Shown here piece after piece: positions 28,711-39,290 of a stretch of 64,000 nt of DNA (position 1 is its first letter; each line of letters begins with the position of its first letter). The notes beneath the pieces were generated by a model, which had not been told where the DNA came from, ran no database searches, and saw nothing but the letters and a program-made list of their open reading frames with translations. The translations under genes and the position numbers were made by a program. The DNA is from Gemmatimonadota bacterium (GTDB lineage Bacteria; Gemmatimonadota; Gemmatimonadetes; Longimicrobiales; Gaopeijiaceae), in contig JAOTVL010000004.1 in NCBI GenBank assembly GCA_029863525.1, positions 291 to 64,290 on the forward strand, given 5' to 3'.

Positions 28711-29687
28711 CGGTCTCCTCCTGGCCTACCGCGTAGGAGTGCGCTCGGGTTTCGTTCGAGATAGTCCGCCAGGTTTCGAAGGGCGCGAGTCGCATCGCTG
28801 AGGTCGATCATCGCCCTCTCGAATTGAACGAAGACGGGAGACTCCGGCTCGAGAACGTCGCCGACACCCTCGACCACGACGCCAACGTCCTGGAGCGTCG
28901 TTTCGAGGCGTTCCATGGCCGATGTCGCTCGTTCCGTGGTCTGCCGCACACCCTCGCTCATGGGGGTCAGGCTGGAGTCGACTCGGATCACGAGGGCCTG
29001 GAGGTCACCTACGGTCGCGTTCAAGCGATCGATCGTTTCAGGAAGACGCTCGATGGCTGCCGACAATTCGGGCGACCCCGCGAGCGCCCCGACATCTCCG
29101 AACGCCTCGGCCGCGACATTCACCAGCGCATCGAGTTGAACGGCCCCCAGCTCGGCGATGATCCCGTATACCTCGTCCTCGATCCGCTCGAGCCCGGTGC
29201 TTACCGTGGGAATCTCCGGATAAAGGGCACCCGCGACTGGCACCATCGGAACCGGATTCTCGGGATCGAGGTCGAGCGCGATGTACTTACGCCCTGTCAC
29301 GAGACTCTCCGTCGACAGTTCGGCGCGGATCCCGAGTTCGAGCAGCGCATCGATGTCGAGCGGGTCCTCCAGACGGGCGCCCGCGCCGCGCGCCTCGACC
29401 CGCTCTCGGTCCACCTCGTAGATGACGGCAATTCTGAGATCAGCGGATTCGCGCTCGACGCTCGGCAAGTCGAGCAGCACGTCCGACACCGTCCCAACGT
29501 CGATCCCCCGGAACCGGACCGGCGCACCCACATCGAGTCCAGCGACCGAACCGTCGAAGAACGAGATGAACGTCCGCGTGTCGCGAAACAGCTGACCGGA
29601 ACCCAACACGACCGTTGCGAGGACGGCGAGAATCACGCCACCCAGCACGAAACCGCCGATCAGGGTTGGATTTGCTCTGGCACTCAC
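28707..29687 (-). CDS. MlaD/MCE-domain substrate-binding protein
   Basis: N-terminal TM helix followed by an MCE domain (VAGLDVGAPVRFRGIDVGTVSDV). Confidence 0.88.
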   Translation of the reverse strand: MSARANPTLIGGFVLGGVILAVLATVVLGSGQLFRDTRTFISFFDGSVAGLDVGAPVRFRGIDVGTVSDVLLDLPSVERESADLRIAVIYEVDRERVEARGAGARLEDPLDIDALLELGIRAELSTESLVTGRKYIALDLDPENPVPMVPVAGALYPEIPTVSTGLERIEDEVYGIIAELGAVQLDALVNVAAEAFGDVGALAGSPELSAAIERLPETIDRLNATVGDLQALVIRVDSSLTPMSEGVRQTTERATSAMERLETTLQDVGVVVEGVGDVLEPESPVFVQFERAMIDLSDATRALRNLADYLERNPSALLRGRPGGDR

Positions 29688-29689
29688 GG

Positions 29690-30463
29690 CTACGACTCCC
29701 CTCGTCTCAAGAAGCGACGGACCCGCTCATTCTGGGATTGGTCGCGAAGCTCTACTGGTGGCCCGTGCGCGATCATGGTGCGGCTTTCGGCGTCCAGGAA
29801 GACACTGTTCGTGCCGATCGCGAAGATGCTGGCGAGCTCGTGAGTGACGATCACGATCGTCGCGCCCAGGCTGTCACGCAACTCAATGATCAGGTCGTCC
29901 AGGAGGCGCGCACTGATCGGATCCAAGCCAGCGCCAGGCTCGTCGAAGAACAGGATATCCGGATCGAGCGCCATTGCCCGCGCCAGGCCGGCTCTCTTTT
30001 GCATTCCGCCGCTGATGTCCGCCGGATAGTAGTCCTCGAAGCCCGCCAGGCCCACGAGTGCGAGCTTGAGCGCAGCGACCTCAGCGATCTCGCTCTGATC
30101 GAGCTCCGTGAACTCACCTAGCGGTAGAGCCACGTTCTCCGCGAGCGTCATCGAGCTCCACAGTGCCCCGCTCTGATAAAGGACCCCGATGCGGCGCAGC
30201 ATCTCCGAGCGACGCTCGGGCGCGGCCTTCGTAAAGCTCTCGGTACCGTAGAGGATCTCGCCGCGCGCGGGCTCGTTTAGGCCGATCAAATGGCGGAGGA
30301 GCGTGCTCTTGCCGCACCCACTCCCACCCATGATGACGAAGATGTCACCGGCTTCGATGGTGAAATCCAGGTCCCGCTGGAGCGTGAAGTCACCGTACGC
30401 CATCGTCAGGTTGCGCACCGTAATCGCCGGCGTCGATTCGGCCACGACGGCACGCGCCTCCAT
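29690..30463 (-). CDS. ABC transporter ATP-binding protein (MlaF-like)
   Basis: Internal ATG at 30463 (TGATG junction with the upstream stop). Walker A GGSGCGKST, signature ISGGMQKR, Walker B ILFFDEP. The longer 479-aa ORF is an artefactual extension. Confidence 0.9.
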   Translation of the reverse strand: MEARAVVAESTPAITVRNLTMAYGDFTLQRDLDFTIEAGDIFVIMGGSGCGKSTLLRHLIGLNEPARGEILYGTESFTKAAPERRSEMLRRIGVLYQSGALWSSMTLAENVALPLGEFTELDQSEIAEVAALKLALVGLAGFEDYYPADISGGMQKRAGLARAMALDPDILFFDEPGAGLDPISARLLDDLIIELRDSLGATIVIVTHELASIFAIGTNSVFLDAESRTMIAHGPPVELRDQSQNERVRRFLRRGES

Positions 30464-31605
30464 CAGAGGCCCAACATGTAGAAGACGAAGGCGAACACCC
30501 CACACGCCACGATGATGGCCACGATGCTCGTCACGACCGCGGACGTCGCCGCGTCTCCCACGGCGGAAGAGCTCCGCCCGGACTGCACCCCTCTCAGGCA
30601 GCCGGAGATGGCAATGAGCACACCATAGACGCTCCCCTTGAACACCCCTCCCACCACGTGCGACAGACTCACGGCGTCTGCGGACTGCAGGAGATACTCG
30701 ACGGGTGACAGGCCGAGCATGGTGACGCCGACGAAGGCACCCCCGAGGATTCCCATCGCGTCCCCGTAGAGGGTCAGAAGCGGCATCATCAGGCAGAGGG
30801 CGACCACCCTCGGGACCACCAGAAACTCCATGGCCGAGATCGCCATGGTTTCCAGCGCGTCGATTTCCTGGGTCACCTTCATCGATCCGAGCTGTGCGGC
30901 GAACGCCGCGCCGCTGCGCCCCGCCATGATGATGCCCGTAATCAGCGCCCCCATGTCGCGAACCATCGCCACGCCGACCAGGTCCGCCACGTAGATCGTG
31001 GCGCCGAAGGTCTGCAACTGGATCGCTCCCACGAACGCGAGGATGAGGCCGAGAAGGAAGGTCACGAGCGTCACGATCGGCAGGGCCTCGAAGCCGTTCT
31101 GTTGGACGAGCAGGGCGAGATCCGACCACCGGAACCTCGCCTTCCCACGTGCGGCCCGACTCATCGCGAGCACCAATCGGCCTACGAAGTCGAGGTCGCT
31201 CCTGAACAGCCGATGTGTGTCGATCGCCTTCCCGCCGAGTCGCTGTACGAACGCGTCATCGATCACCGACGTACGGGCGTCGTCCTTTTCCGGTACGGCC
31301 TCGGCAAGCTCCAATAGACGTCGCAACCCCTCGGGCAGACCCGAGCGATCGACATCGATGTCGCGCTCGCGCGCGAGCCGGCAGGCGCTGGCCAGGAAGG
31401 CGAGAACGGCGCTGTCCCAATCGCCCAACTCACGACTGTCGAAGCTGATAGCGCTCGTGGGACCGTCTGCGAGGACCCCCTCGAGGGCGGCGACCGACGG
31501 CAAGCCACTCTCGATTCGCCATGAGCCCGCGAGCCGAACGACCACGGTTCCGTCCACGCCTCGCGTGACGGTCAGCTCACCTGGGGAGGACACGGCCATC
31601 GACAT
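30463..31605 (-). CDS. MlaE-type ABC permease with N-terminal STAS-like domain
   Basis: The C-terminal 260 aa is an MlaE-like polytopic permease. The N-terminal ~110 aa (VVRLAGSWRIESGLPSVAAL...ISFDSRELGDWDSAVLAFL) resembles a STAS domain. Start at 31605 or 31599. Confidence 0.85.
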   Translation of the reverse strand: MSMAVSSPGELTVTRGVDGTVVVRLAGSWRIESGLPSVAALEGVLADGPTSAISFDSRELGDWDSAVLAFLASACRLARERDIDVDRSGLPEGLRRLLELAEAVPEKDDARTSVIDDAFVQRLGGKAIDTHRLFRSDLDFVGRLVLAMSRAARGKARFRWSDLALLVQQNGFEALPIVTLVTFLLGLILAFVGAIQLQTFGATIYVADLVGVAMVRDMGALITGIIMAGRSGAAFAAQLGSMKVTQEIDALETMAISAMEFLVVPRVVALCLMMPLLTLYGDAMGILGGAFVGVTMLGLSPVEYLLQSADAVSLSHVVGGVFKGSVYGVLIAISGCLRGVQSGRSSSAVGDAATSAVVTSIVAIIVACGVFAFVFYMLGL

Positions 31606-31705
31606 GGGCCAAGAAGATGAGTCGATCGGCCTCCGGAGGCGAGCGGCGTCCCGAGGGTGAGCGCCGCGACCAGGCTCGGTTAGAGGGCCCTGAGCCGCCA
31701 GTGCC

Positions 31706-32155
31706 TCACCGGGTATGCTCTTGGGCCAGCGATGCGAGGTAAGCCGCCAGTGCCTCGGCATCGGGACCGATCCGATCGAGAACCTCGTCGAGCTGCCCGA
31801 TCTCGACGCCATTGGCGGCCAGAAGAGAATCGGCCACGCTCCGGTCCTCCGTGATGCGCGAGGCGAGCTCGCCCACGTCGCGCACGGTCATCCCGGCGAG
31901 CGCCGCGCCAACCACCTCGGCCTGCGACCCGAGCGCACCGAGAATCGAATCGAGCTGTCCGATGTCGACGCCGTTGGCGGCCAGGATCGAGTCTGCCACC
32001 CCGGGATCTTCCGCGACGCGCGAGGCGAGGTCGCCCAACTCACTGACCGTCAGCGATGCCAACTCTGCGCCGATCGCACGAACCGCCGACTCTACCTGCT
32101 CGGTGTCGCATCCGGCGGTGCCCAACACGAGTGCTACGAAAACCCAGCGTCTCAT
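31706..32155 (-). CDS. lipoprotein with internal tandem repeat, function unknown
   Basis: Lipobox LGTAGC. Two ~50-aa repeats (...LASRVAEDPGVADSILAANGVDIGQLD... and ...LASRITEDRSVADSLLAANGVEIGQLD...). Confidence 0.7.
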   Translation of the reverse strand: MRRWVFVALVLGTAGCDTEQVESAVRAIGAELASLTVSELGDLASRVAEDPGVADSILAANGVDIGQLDSILGALGSQAEVVGAALAGMTVRDVGELASRITEDRSVADSLLAANGVEIGQLDEVLDRIGPDAEALAAYLASLAQEHTR

Positions 32156-32369
32156 CCGATACGTCCTCAGTCTTTGCGGTCTGTCGTCCCGACCTCACCA
32201 GCGCGTCGCCAAGAGAAGGGACCGGTTTCCCGCCTACTTGTCACATGGGAGCGAGGGAGTGGAACGTTGCCTGCTCCCCCAACGTAGGGAAAGTGAGCAC
32301 CGCCTCCCCGGAGCCAAACGACACGCATCGGCGGCCGCGACACGCGGCGGCACTGGAAATGGGGAACCG

Positions 32370-34685
32370 ATGTCGATCGAGCGACTGATCGAGTCGATCC
32401 AATTGCGGAGGCTCCCACACTGGCTGGTCGTCTACGCGGCGGCGGCGTGGGGTTGCCTGGAGGCCACGGGCTTTCTCATCGACGCCTACGGCGCCCCGCC
32501 GCGCCTGCTCGACGTGGTCCTCTTCCTTCTCTTCGTCTTCTTCTTCCTGGTCGTCGTTCTGGGGTGGTATCACGGGGAGAAGGGGCCGCAGCGTCCCACG
32601 CGCGTAGAGGGGTCCCTTCTCGGCACTCTGCTTTGCATCGCCGTGGTCGGCAGCATCTGGATCATGGCCACAGGGGAGGAAGCCGACGGATCCCCGGTGC
32701 CGGAGGGGGTCGTGCGCGTCGACCTGGGCGAGCGGTCGCTCGCCGTCCTTCCGTTTCGGAGCACGGTCGCGGATTCCGGCTTCGTCTGGCTCGATCGTGG
32801 CGTCGCCGAACTGCTGTCCACGAAGCTCGCCCAGGTCGAGGACCTCCGGGTGGTGAGCAGTCAGCGGCTCCTCGACCTGGCCGGGCAGCTCGGAGTCGAA
32901 TCGAACGCGCCGATACCGGAGCGGGTGGTATCGACTCTCATGCAGCTGTCGGGTGCACGCCTGGCGGTCACCGGCTCGGTTTTCGGGCGGCCGGGCGACC
33001 TGACGATCACCGCGACCCTGGTCGAGGCCTCCACCGGAGAGATCCGGGCGAGTGCCAACGCCCGCGGCGACGATGTCTTCGTCCTCGTCGACGAGATCGC
33101 CACCGTGCTGCGCGACGGGATGGGATCCGGTGGCGGGGACGAGGAGCCTGCGTCCATCGCCAGTCTCACGACCGCGAGCATCGACGCGTACAGGGCCTAC
33201 GAGGAGGGTCGAGGCGCGTTCCAACGCTTCCTGTATGACGATGCGGAGCGACACTTCGAGCGGGCGCTCAGTCTGGACTCCACATTCGCGCTCGCTCGCT
33301 TCCGGCGTGCGCTCACTCTGTATCAGCTCGGCGAGCTCTCGGAGGCTGCGTCGGAGGCGAGGCGAGCTCGGACCGAGCTCGGTCAGGTGTCCGAGCGTGA
33401 CCGCCTCTTCGTCGAGGCATTCGACCACTTCGGCACGGACACCACGGCGGCCGTGGCCACCGTCCGCGAGCTGCTCGCGAAGTACCCGGACGAAAAGGAC
33501 GCCCGCATCATCTTCGCCAGCATCCTCGCCGGCGTGCGAGGAGCAGCCGATACCGAGGCGCGAGCGCTGCTCGTCGAGACCCTGAAGCTCGATCCGTCCT
33601 ACGCCCCGGGATACAACATCCTCGCGTACTCCTACGCGGGGTCTGGTGATCTCGAGGCCGCCGACTCGCTCAGCCAACGCTACGTCGAGCTCGAGCCCGA
33701 CGAGCCGAACCCTTGGGATTCACGCGGGGAGATCCTGGAGCTCGCGGGCCGTATCGACGACGCTCGCGAAGCCTATCGTGAGGCGCTCCGCATCCGACCC
33801 GATTTCCGCTTCGCGATCAACCACCTCGCCCGTTCCTATCTGCGGGAGAACGATCCGGCCGGGGCCCGTCAGGAGCTCGCGAAATTCCGTGAATCGGACT
33901 TGCCCGACGTCCGCATCAGAGCCATGGCCCTCGAGGCAGACTCCTATCTGTGGGAGGGAGAGGTCGACGAGGCGATCGCTCTGTACGAGTCGGCAGAGAG
34001 GGCCGCCGACATGGCCGGACTCTCCACGCTCCGTGTTTGGCGTCTCCGAGATCTCGTCCAGGTACGTCTCGCACTGGGGCAGCATGCCGGGGCAGTCGAA
34101 GCGGCCGAGACCATTCGCGGTCTGGAGCCGCTCGACGGGTGGTGGATCACCGCGCTATACGATTCACTGGCTTCGGTGGGTGACGTGGCGGAGATGGAGC
34201 GCTGGAGGCCGCGCGTCCAAGCCGAGATCGGAGAGAACCCGCTCACGCGGGAGCGGCTCCCGATGATCTCACGCCTCATCGACGTTTGGATCGCGCACGC
34301 GCGCGGAGACCACCGAGAGGTGCTGGCCCTGGCGTCGGAGCTTCCCGACGCCATGCGCCCGGGCGTTCTCACGGGGTGGCCGGTCTTCCAGTCCATGCTC
34401 GAGCTCCGAGAGTTCGAGCAAGTCCTCGGCGACGTCCGAGGATATCGGTCACCGGACCTCTTCGTGCGGGGCCCGCGATTCGAGCCGCTTCGCGTCCGTT
34501 GGGCCCAGTACTTCGAGGCTCGCACGTACGAGGCGGCCGGGGACACTGCGGCGGCCGTGGCCGGCTACCTGGAGTTAGCACGCGGGCTCGGCGATGGTCT
34601 CGCTCGGTTCCCCACGCTGTCCGACGTCCCCACGCGCCTGGAGAGACTCCTGGGATCCGACGCCGATGGGAGCGCGCCCTCGTAA
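32370..34685 (+). CDS. membrane-anchored TPR-repeat protein
   Basis: The ATG at 32370 gives MSIERLIESIQLRRLPHWLVVYAAAAWGCLEATGFL..., a two-TM N-terminal module. A periplasmic TolB_N-like region and many TPRs follow. The track ORF start at 31812 is an artefact. Confidence 0.8.
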   Translation: MSIERLIESIQLRRLPHWLVVYAAAAWGCLEATGFLIDAYGAPPRLLDVVLFLLFVFFFLVVVLGWYHGEKGPQRPTRVEGSLLGTLLCIAVVGSIWIMATGEEADGSPVPEGVVRVDLGERSLAVLPFRSTVADSGFVWLDRGVAELLSTKLAQVEDLRVVSSQRLLDLAGQLGVESNAPIPERVVSTLMQLSGARLAVTGSVFGRPGDLTITATLVEASTGEIRASANARGDDVFVLVDEIATVLRDGMGSGGGDEEPASIASLTTASIDAYRAYEEGRGAFQRFLYDDAERHFERALSLDSTFALARFRRALTLYQLGELSEAASEARRARTELGQVSERDRLFVEAFDHFGTDTTAAVATVRELLAKYPDEKDARIIFASILAGVRGAADTEARALLVETLKLDPSYAPGYNILAYSYAGSGDLEAADSLSQRYVELEPDEPNPWDSRGEILELAGRIDDAREAYREALRIRPDFRFAINHLARSYLRENDPAGARQELAKFRESDLPDVRIRAMALEADSYLWEGEVDEAIALYESAERAADMAGLSTLRVWRLRDLVQVRLALGQHAGAVEAAETIRGLEPLDGWWITALYDSLASVGDVAEMERWRPRVQAEIGENPLTRERLPMISRLIDVWIAHARGDHREVLALASELPDAMRPGVLTGWPVFQSMLELREFEQVLGDVRGYRSPDLFVRGPRFEPLRVRWAQYFEARTYEAAGDTAAAVAGYLELARGLGDGLARFPTLSDVPTRLERLLGSDADGSAPS

Positions 34686-34772
34686 GAGGCGAAGCCCGCC
34701 GTCGGGTTGCGCGGCCCCGGGCGTCAGCCCCAAGGTGCGGCAGTATCAGGGCATGCACAGTCGCCGGATCGG

Positions 34773-37322
34773 ATGAACGACCCAGACCTCCATCGCCGTG
34801 CCATCGAGTTGCTCGACGAGCTGCTCGATCTCGGGCCGGACCAGAGACTGATCCGCCTGGAGCACGCCTGCGACGGCGACCCCGAGCTGCGCGAGCTCGT
34901 GGAGTCGCTCCTCGTCGCCGACGGAGTGGAACACGCCCTGCTCGACTCGGGCGCACCGGAGATCGGGGCCGGCGAGCCGGTGGGAGCCGGGGAGGACCGG
35001 GTGGGGCCGTACCGCCTGATCCGTGAGGTCGGACGCGGCGGGATGGCCACGGTCTACCTGGCAGAGCGAACACTGGGCGACGTTCGGCAGAGAGTCGCGC
35101 TCAAGCTGCTCAAGCGTGGGATCGACACCGACGAGGTGCTGCGCCGCTTCGCCCAAGAGAGCCGCGTGCTCGCGGCGCTGGAGCACCCCCACATAGCGCG
35201 GTTCTACGACGCGCGCGCCCACGAGGGCGGTACGCCGTACCTCGCCATGGAATTCGTGGAGGGCCGGCCGCTCACCGCGCACTGCGACGAGCGACAGCTG
35301 AGCATCGCGGACCGGCTCGCGCTGTTCCGGACGGTTTGCGAAGCCGTGCAGCACGCACACCGACACCTGGTCGTGCACCGGGACCTGAAGCCCTCGAACA
35401 TTCTCGTCGACGATTCCGGCCAGGTGAAGCTCCTCGACTTCGGGATCGCCAAGCTGCTCACGGAGGACTCCGACCCCGCGGCCGCCAGGACGCGAACGGG
35501 CATCCGTGTCCTCACGCCCGAGTACGCCGCGCCCGAGCAACTCCTCGGGGGCCCCGTCACCGTGGCGACCGATGTCTACGCCCTGGGCCTGGTCCTCCAC
35601 GAGCTGCTCACCGGCGTGCGTCCAGCCCTAGCACCCATCGGGGACCCCACGGTCGGGCTCCGACCTGGCCCGGAGCCCGACCGACCGAGCTCGGTGATCC
35701 GCAGGACCTCCCGGGAGGACGACGCTGCGACCGTCGCGGCCGCCCGTGCGACGACGCCGGATCGCCTGCGACGGACCCTGCTCGGCGACCTCGACACGAT
35801 CGCCGTCAAGGCGTGCGCCGCCGAGCCCTCTCGTCGGTACCGATCCGCAGACGAGCTCGGCGACGACGTCGAGCACTATCTCGAGGGCAGACCGATCCTC
35901 GCGCGCCCAGCGACCGTGACCTACCGGATGCGGAAGTTCGCGCGACGCCACCGGGCGGGCGTGCTCGTGTCGGGCACTGCCGCCGTGCTCGCCGTCGGCT
36001 TCACCGCCTTCTATTCGGTGAGCGTGGCGCGCGAGCGGGACATCGCGGAGGCCGAGGCGGCCCGGGCCCAGATCACGACGGAGTTCCTCCAGCGCCTGCT
36101 CGGGGAGGCGTACCCGAGCGTTGCGCTCGGCGACACCTTCTCCATGGCCGATCTCCTCCGCCGTGCGGTGGCGCGGGTGGATTCGATCGAGGCCGAGCCC
36201 GACGTCCAGGCGGAGCTTCTGCGTACGATTGGCGACGTCTACCGGGAGCAGGGGCGGTTCGAGGAGGCCCTGCCGCTACTCGAGCGGGCGGTGGCGCTCC
36301 ACCGGCGCGGGGGACAGATCCGGGGCCGTGCGGGGGGACGCTCGCTGGACGCCCTGGGTCACTTGGAGTACGAACGGGGTGACTACGGCGCCGCGCTGGC
36401 GACGCATGAGGAGTCGCTCCAGGTCTTCGGGAGCCTCTACGAGCCCGACGACTCACTCGTCCTCTTCGCGCTCAACAACGTGGCGACCGCGGCCACGGCG
36501 CTAGGCGACTTCGAACGAGCCCTCGAGCTCCATCGGAGGGTCCTCGACCGACACACGCGGCTCTTCGCCGACACGAGCGAGCTGGTGCATGTCAGCCGCA
36601 ACAACCTGGGTCACCTCTACCACCGAATGGGCGACTACGGGCGGGCCGAGGGCGAGCTGGCGGCCGCCGTCGAGCTCAGGCGCCGGGCGTTGCCAGCGAA
36701 CCACCCTTCGCTCGCGCTCAGCCTTAACAACCTGGGCGCGACGCTCCGGTCGCTCGGCCGACTGGACGAATCCGCGAACGCGCAGCGGGAGGCGCTCGAG
36801 ATCTTCCGGAGCGTGTTCGGTCCGGATCATCCTCGGGTCGGACTGGGGGCGTACAACCTCGCGCTGGTGCTCCGGGACTCGGGTCGTTTCGACGAAGCCG
36901 AGGCGCTCTTCCGGACGACGCTGTCGATCGACCGGGCGACCTACGGCGAGGACCACGTGGAGGTAGGAGCGGATCTCCGCAGCCTGGGGCTCCTGCTCGA
37001 GCAGAAGGGAGACTGCGAGACAGCGGTGACGACACTCGCCGAGGCGGACGCGATCTTCGCGGCCAACGGGCTTCCGCTCGGCGACCGGCGTCGCCTCACG
37101 GCGCGAGCCCGCATCGGGGCGTGCCTCACCGTGCTCGACCGGTTTCCCGAGGCCGAGGAGGTTCTGACGGCCGGCTTGGACGCGGTGCTCGCGGCACCTG
37201 GCGAGGCGGACGGCACGGGAGCGAGAGAAACCGCCGAGCGGCTTGCCGAGCTCTACCGGGCATGGGGCCGGGCCGAGGCCGCGGACTCGGTCCTGGCGCT
37301 GTCGATCCCCGCTTTCCCCTAG
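34773..37322 (+). CDS. Ser/Thr protein kinase with TM segment and C-terminal TPR domain
   Basis: VALKLLK, HRDLKPSNILV, DFGIAK and APE motifs; one TM helix; TPR-like repeats. Confidence 0.9.
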   Translation: MNDPDLHRRAIELLDELLDLGPDQRLIRLEHACDGDPELRELVESLLVADGVEHALLDSGAPEIGAGEPVGAGEDRVGPYRLIREVGRGGMATVYLAERTLGDVRQRVALKLLKRGIDTDEVLRRFAQESRVLAALEHPHIARFYDARAHEGGTPYLAMEFVEGRPLTAHCDERQLSIADRLALFRTVCEAVQHAHRHLVVHRDLKPSNILVDDSGQVKLLDFGIAKLLTEDSDPAAARTRTGIRVLTPEYAAPEQLLGGPVTVATDVYALGLVLHELLTGVRPALAPIGDPTVGLRPGPEPDRPSSVIRRTSREDDAATVAAARATTPDRLRRTLLGDLDTIAVKACAAEPSRRYRSADELGDDVEHYLEGRPILARPATVTYRMRKFARRHRAGVLVSGTAAVLAVGFTAFYSVSVARERDIAEAEAARAQITTEFLQRLLGEAYPSVALGDTFSMADLLRRAVARVDSIEAEPDVQAELLRTIGDVYREQGRFEEALPLLERAVALHRRGGQIRGRAGGRSLDALGHLEYERGDYGAALATHEESLQVFGSLYEPDDSLVLFALNNVATAATALGDFERALELHRRVLDRHTRLFADTSELVHVSRNNLGHLYHRMGDYGRAEGELAAAVELRRRALPANHPSLALSLNNLGATLRSLGRLDESANAQREALEIFRSVFGPDHPRVGLGAYNLALVLRDSGRFDEAEALFRTTLSIDRATYGEDHVEVGADLRSLGLLLEQKGDCETAVTTLAEADAIFAANGLPLGDRRRLTARARIGACLTVLDRFPEAEEVLTAGLDAVLAAPGEADGTGARETAERLAELYRAWGRAEAADSVLALSIPAFP

Positions 37323-37345
37323 GTCCACCGGGCCGGCGCCCGTCG

Positions 37346-37933
37346 CTACCCCTCGCCCAACGCCCGCGCGAGCCACGCGCGAGCCACGCGCCAGTCTCGC
37401 TTCACCGTCGGGGCGGAGACGCCGAGCGCCACGGCCGTCTCTTCGACCGTGAGACCTCCGAAGAACCTGCATTCCACGATGCTGGCCCTCCGTGGGTCCA
37501 GGCCCTCCAGCTCCTGTAGGGCGTCGTCGAGCTGCACCAGGTCCTGGTCCCGCAAAGTGGCTGACCCGAGCGCTTCGTCGAGCGTGACGTCGGTCATGCC
37601 GCCGCCCCTTTTCTCGGCCACGCGCCGCCTCGCGGCGTCGATCAGGACCTGGCGCATCGCGCGCGCAACGATCCGGGTGAAGTGCGCCTTGTCCTGGAGA
37701 TCGAGACCCCTCTCGGGCTGAAGCTTGAGATATGCCTCGTGGACCAGCGCCGTCGTGTTGAGCGTCTCGCCGGCGCCACGCGCCCGAATCAGCTGCGCCA
37801 GGCTCCGGAGCTCGTCGTATGCGAGCGCGAAGAGCTCGTCCACCGCCGACCGGTCGCCATCGCGGGCGGCGCGGATCAACTCCAGGGTCGGGGGGGTGGG
37901 CGCCTCGTGGCTCATCATTCGCAACGTGGCCAC
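37346..37933 (-). CDS. ECF-type sigma-70 family factor (Sig70_ECF / TIGR02999-like)
   Basis: 195 aa. TALVHEAYLKL (region 2) and a region 4 HTH (LTVEETAVALGVSAPTVKRDWRVARAWL). Confidence 0.85.
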   Translation of the reverse strand: MATLRMMSHEAPTPPTLELIRAARDGDRSAVDELFALAYDELRSLAQLIRARGAGETLNTTALVHEAYLKLQPERGLDLQDKAHFTRIVARAMRQVLIDAARRRVAEKRGGGMTDVTLDEALGSATLRDQDLVQLDDALQELEGLDPRRASIVECRFFGGLTVEETAVALGVSAPTVKRDWRVARAWLARALGEG

Positions 37934-38092
37934 AGTCAGGACCTCGTTGCAACCTCGCCGGAGCCCGTGATCCCATTTGGGGGCGCGCTACGTATTTGTG
38001 CTCGAGACGGTGCGGGAGCGGCCACGCATGCCCCCGCATCCGCGGAACATAGCCGGCGCCGCGCGCGCCCTAGCCTCCCCAGGGAGCGGACC

Positions 38093-39070
38093 ATGAAGAC
38101 CCCACACCTGCACCCCGCGCTCCTCGCGACTGGCCTGATCCTGCTCGGCACGTCGTGCAGCGGGAAGGCATCGAGCCCGTCCGACCCGGTGGATGCCACC
38201 CCACCCACCGTCACGCTCACGGCGTCCGAAGCCGCTCTCACGGCGGACGGCACGGTCATGCTGGTCGCGACGGCCTCGGACAGCGACCGGGTCGCGTCCG
38301 TGGAGTTCCGGGAGGGCGCGACGTCCCTGGGAACCGCCTCCAGCGCACCGTACCAGCTCCCGATCGCTCTCACCGCCGCGGATAACGGCCTCCAGAGCTA
38401 CACGGCCGTAGCGCGCGATGCGTCTGGGAATCAGGCGACCAGCGCGCCTGCCACCGTCGACGTCGCGATCCTCCACCTGCCGCTCGCTGACGACTTCGAC
38501 GACAACGCCACCGACTCCACCCAGTGGACGTTCGTGGAAACCGGGGGCGGCACGGCAGCGGAGCTCAACGCCCGCATGGAGGTGACGATCCCCGCCGCCC
38601 TGACTGCCTCGACTCCGTGGGGGAGCGCGAAGACCCGGTGCACCGTGACCGGCGACTTCGACGTTCAGGTGGACTACGAGGTCCTGGACTGGCCGGCTCA
38701 GTCCGGCGTGCGCGCGGCGCTCCACGTGAGCGTTGGGGCCGCCGAGCGGGTGAGCTTTGCCGCCGGGGAATTCACCGGTCAGGAGTCCTATGCCGCTGAC
38801 CATTCCGGGGCCGGAGGCACGATCGTCACGGTTGGGACCTCCGACCAGTCGGGCATGCTGCGCGCGACCCGAATCGGGAGCACGCTAACGTCGTACTACT
38901 GGTCCGGAACGGACTGGGCCGTGCTCCAGTCCTCAGGCGCCGGGTCGGCCACTGAAGTGAACGTCCACCTGGCCGCGTGGACGCACGAGAGCCTCTTCAT
39001 CGGCCAGCAGGTACGCATCGCGTTCGACGACTTCCGGGTCGTGTCGGGACAGCAGGGGAGCTGCTCATGA
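38093..39070 (+). CDS. lipoprotein with Ig-like domain and a C-terminal jelly-roll/LamG-like region, function unknown
   Basis: The ATG at 38093 gives MKTPHLHPALLATGLILLGTSCSG (lipobox). An Ig-like segment follows (PPTVTLTAS...VEFREGATSLGTASSAPY). Confidence 0.7.
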   Translation: MKTPHLHPALLATGLILLGTSCSGKASSPSDPVDATPPTVTLTASEAALTADGTVMLVATASDSDRVASVEFREGATSLGTASSAPYQLPIALTAADNGLQSYTAVARDASGNQATSAPATVDVAILHLPLADDFDDNATDSTQWTFVETGGGTAAELNARMEVTIPAALTASTPWGSAKTRCTVTGDFDVQVDYEVLDWPAQSGVRAALHVSVGAAERVSFAAGEFTGQESYAADHSGAGGTIVTVGTSDQSGMLRATRIGSTLTSYYWSGTDWAVLQSSGAGSATEVNVHLAAWTHESLFIGQQVRIAFDDFRVVSGQQGSCS

Positions 39071-39290
39071 GGGGGCGCGACTCAGTGCCCCAGCGCGAGT
39101 CCTTTCGAGGACCGGCCTCGCCGGGTGTTCATCCGTTGGGATCATCCGACCCCTCGCTCATCCCGGCCGAGCTCGCCAACATCGCCACGCTGGCTCCTTT
39201 GTACCTCCTCCAGTGCTTCGGTTTCGTCGGCATGGTGGGGTCCATCGATCGGCCTCCCAGACGTGTTCGACTCGACGGTTCGGGCGGTCG

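Noticed and set aside
38044-38048. GGAAC boxes (also 42525-42529) as ECF-dependent -35 elements
   Set aside because: A 5-mer alone is expected by chance, and no shared -10 (CGT-type) element lies at the right spacing. I kept it only as a hint inside the ECF finding.
39131-39260. 38-codon minus-strand ORF (MDPTMPTKPKHWRRYKGASV...) in the gap between the lipoprotein and kinase genes
   Set aside because: It has high GC3 but no RBS, no recognisable motif and a low-complexity sequence. High-G+C intergenic DNA often gives such ORFs.
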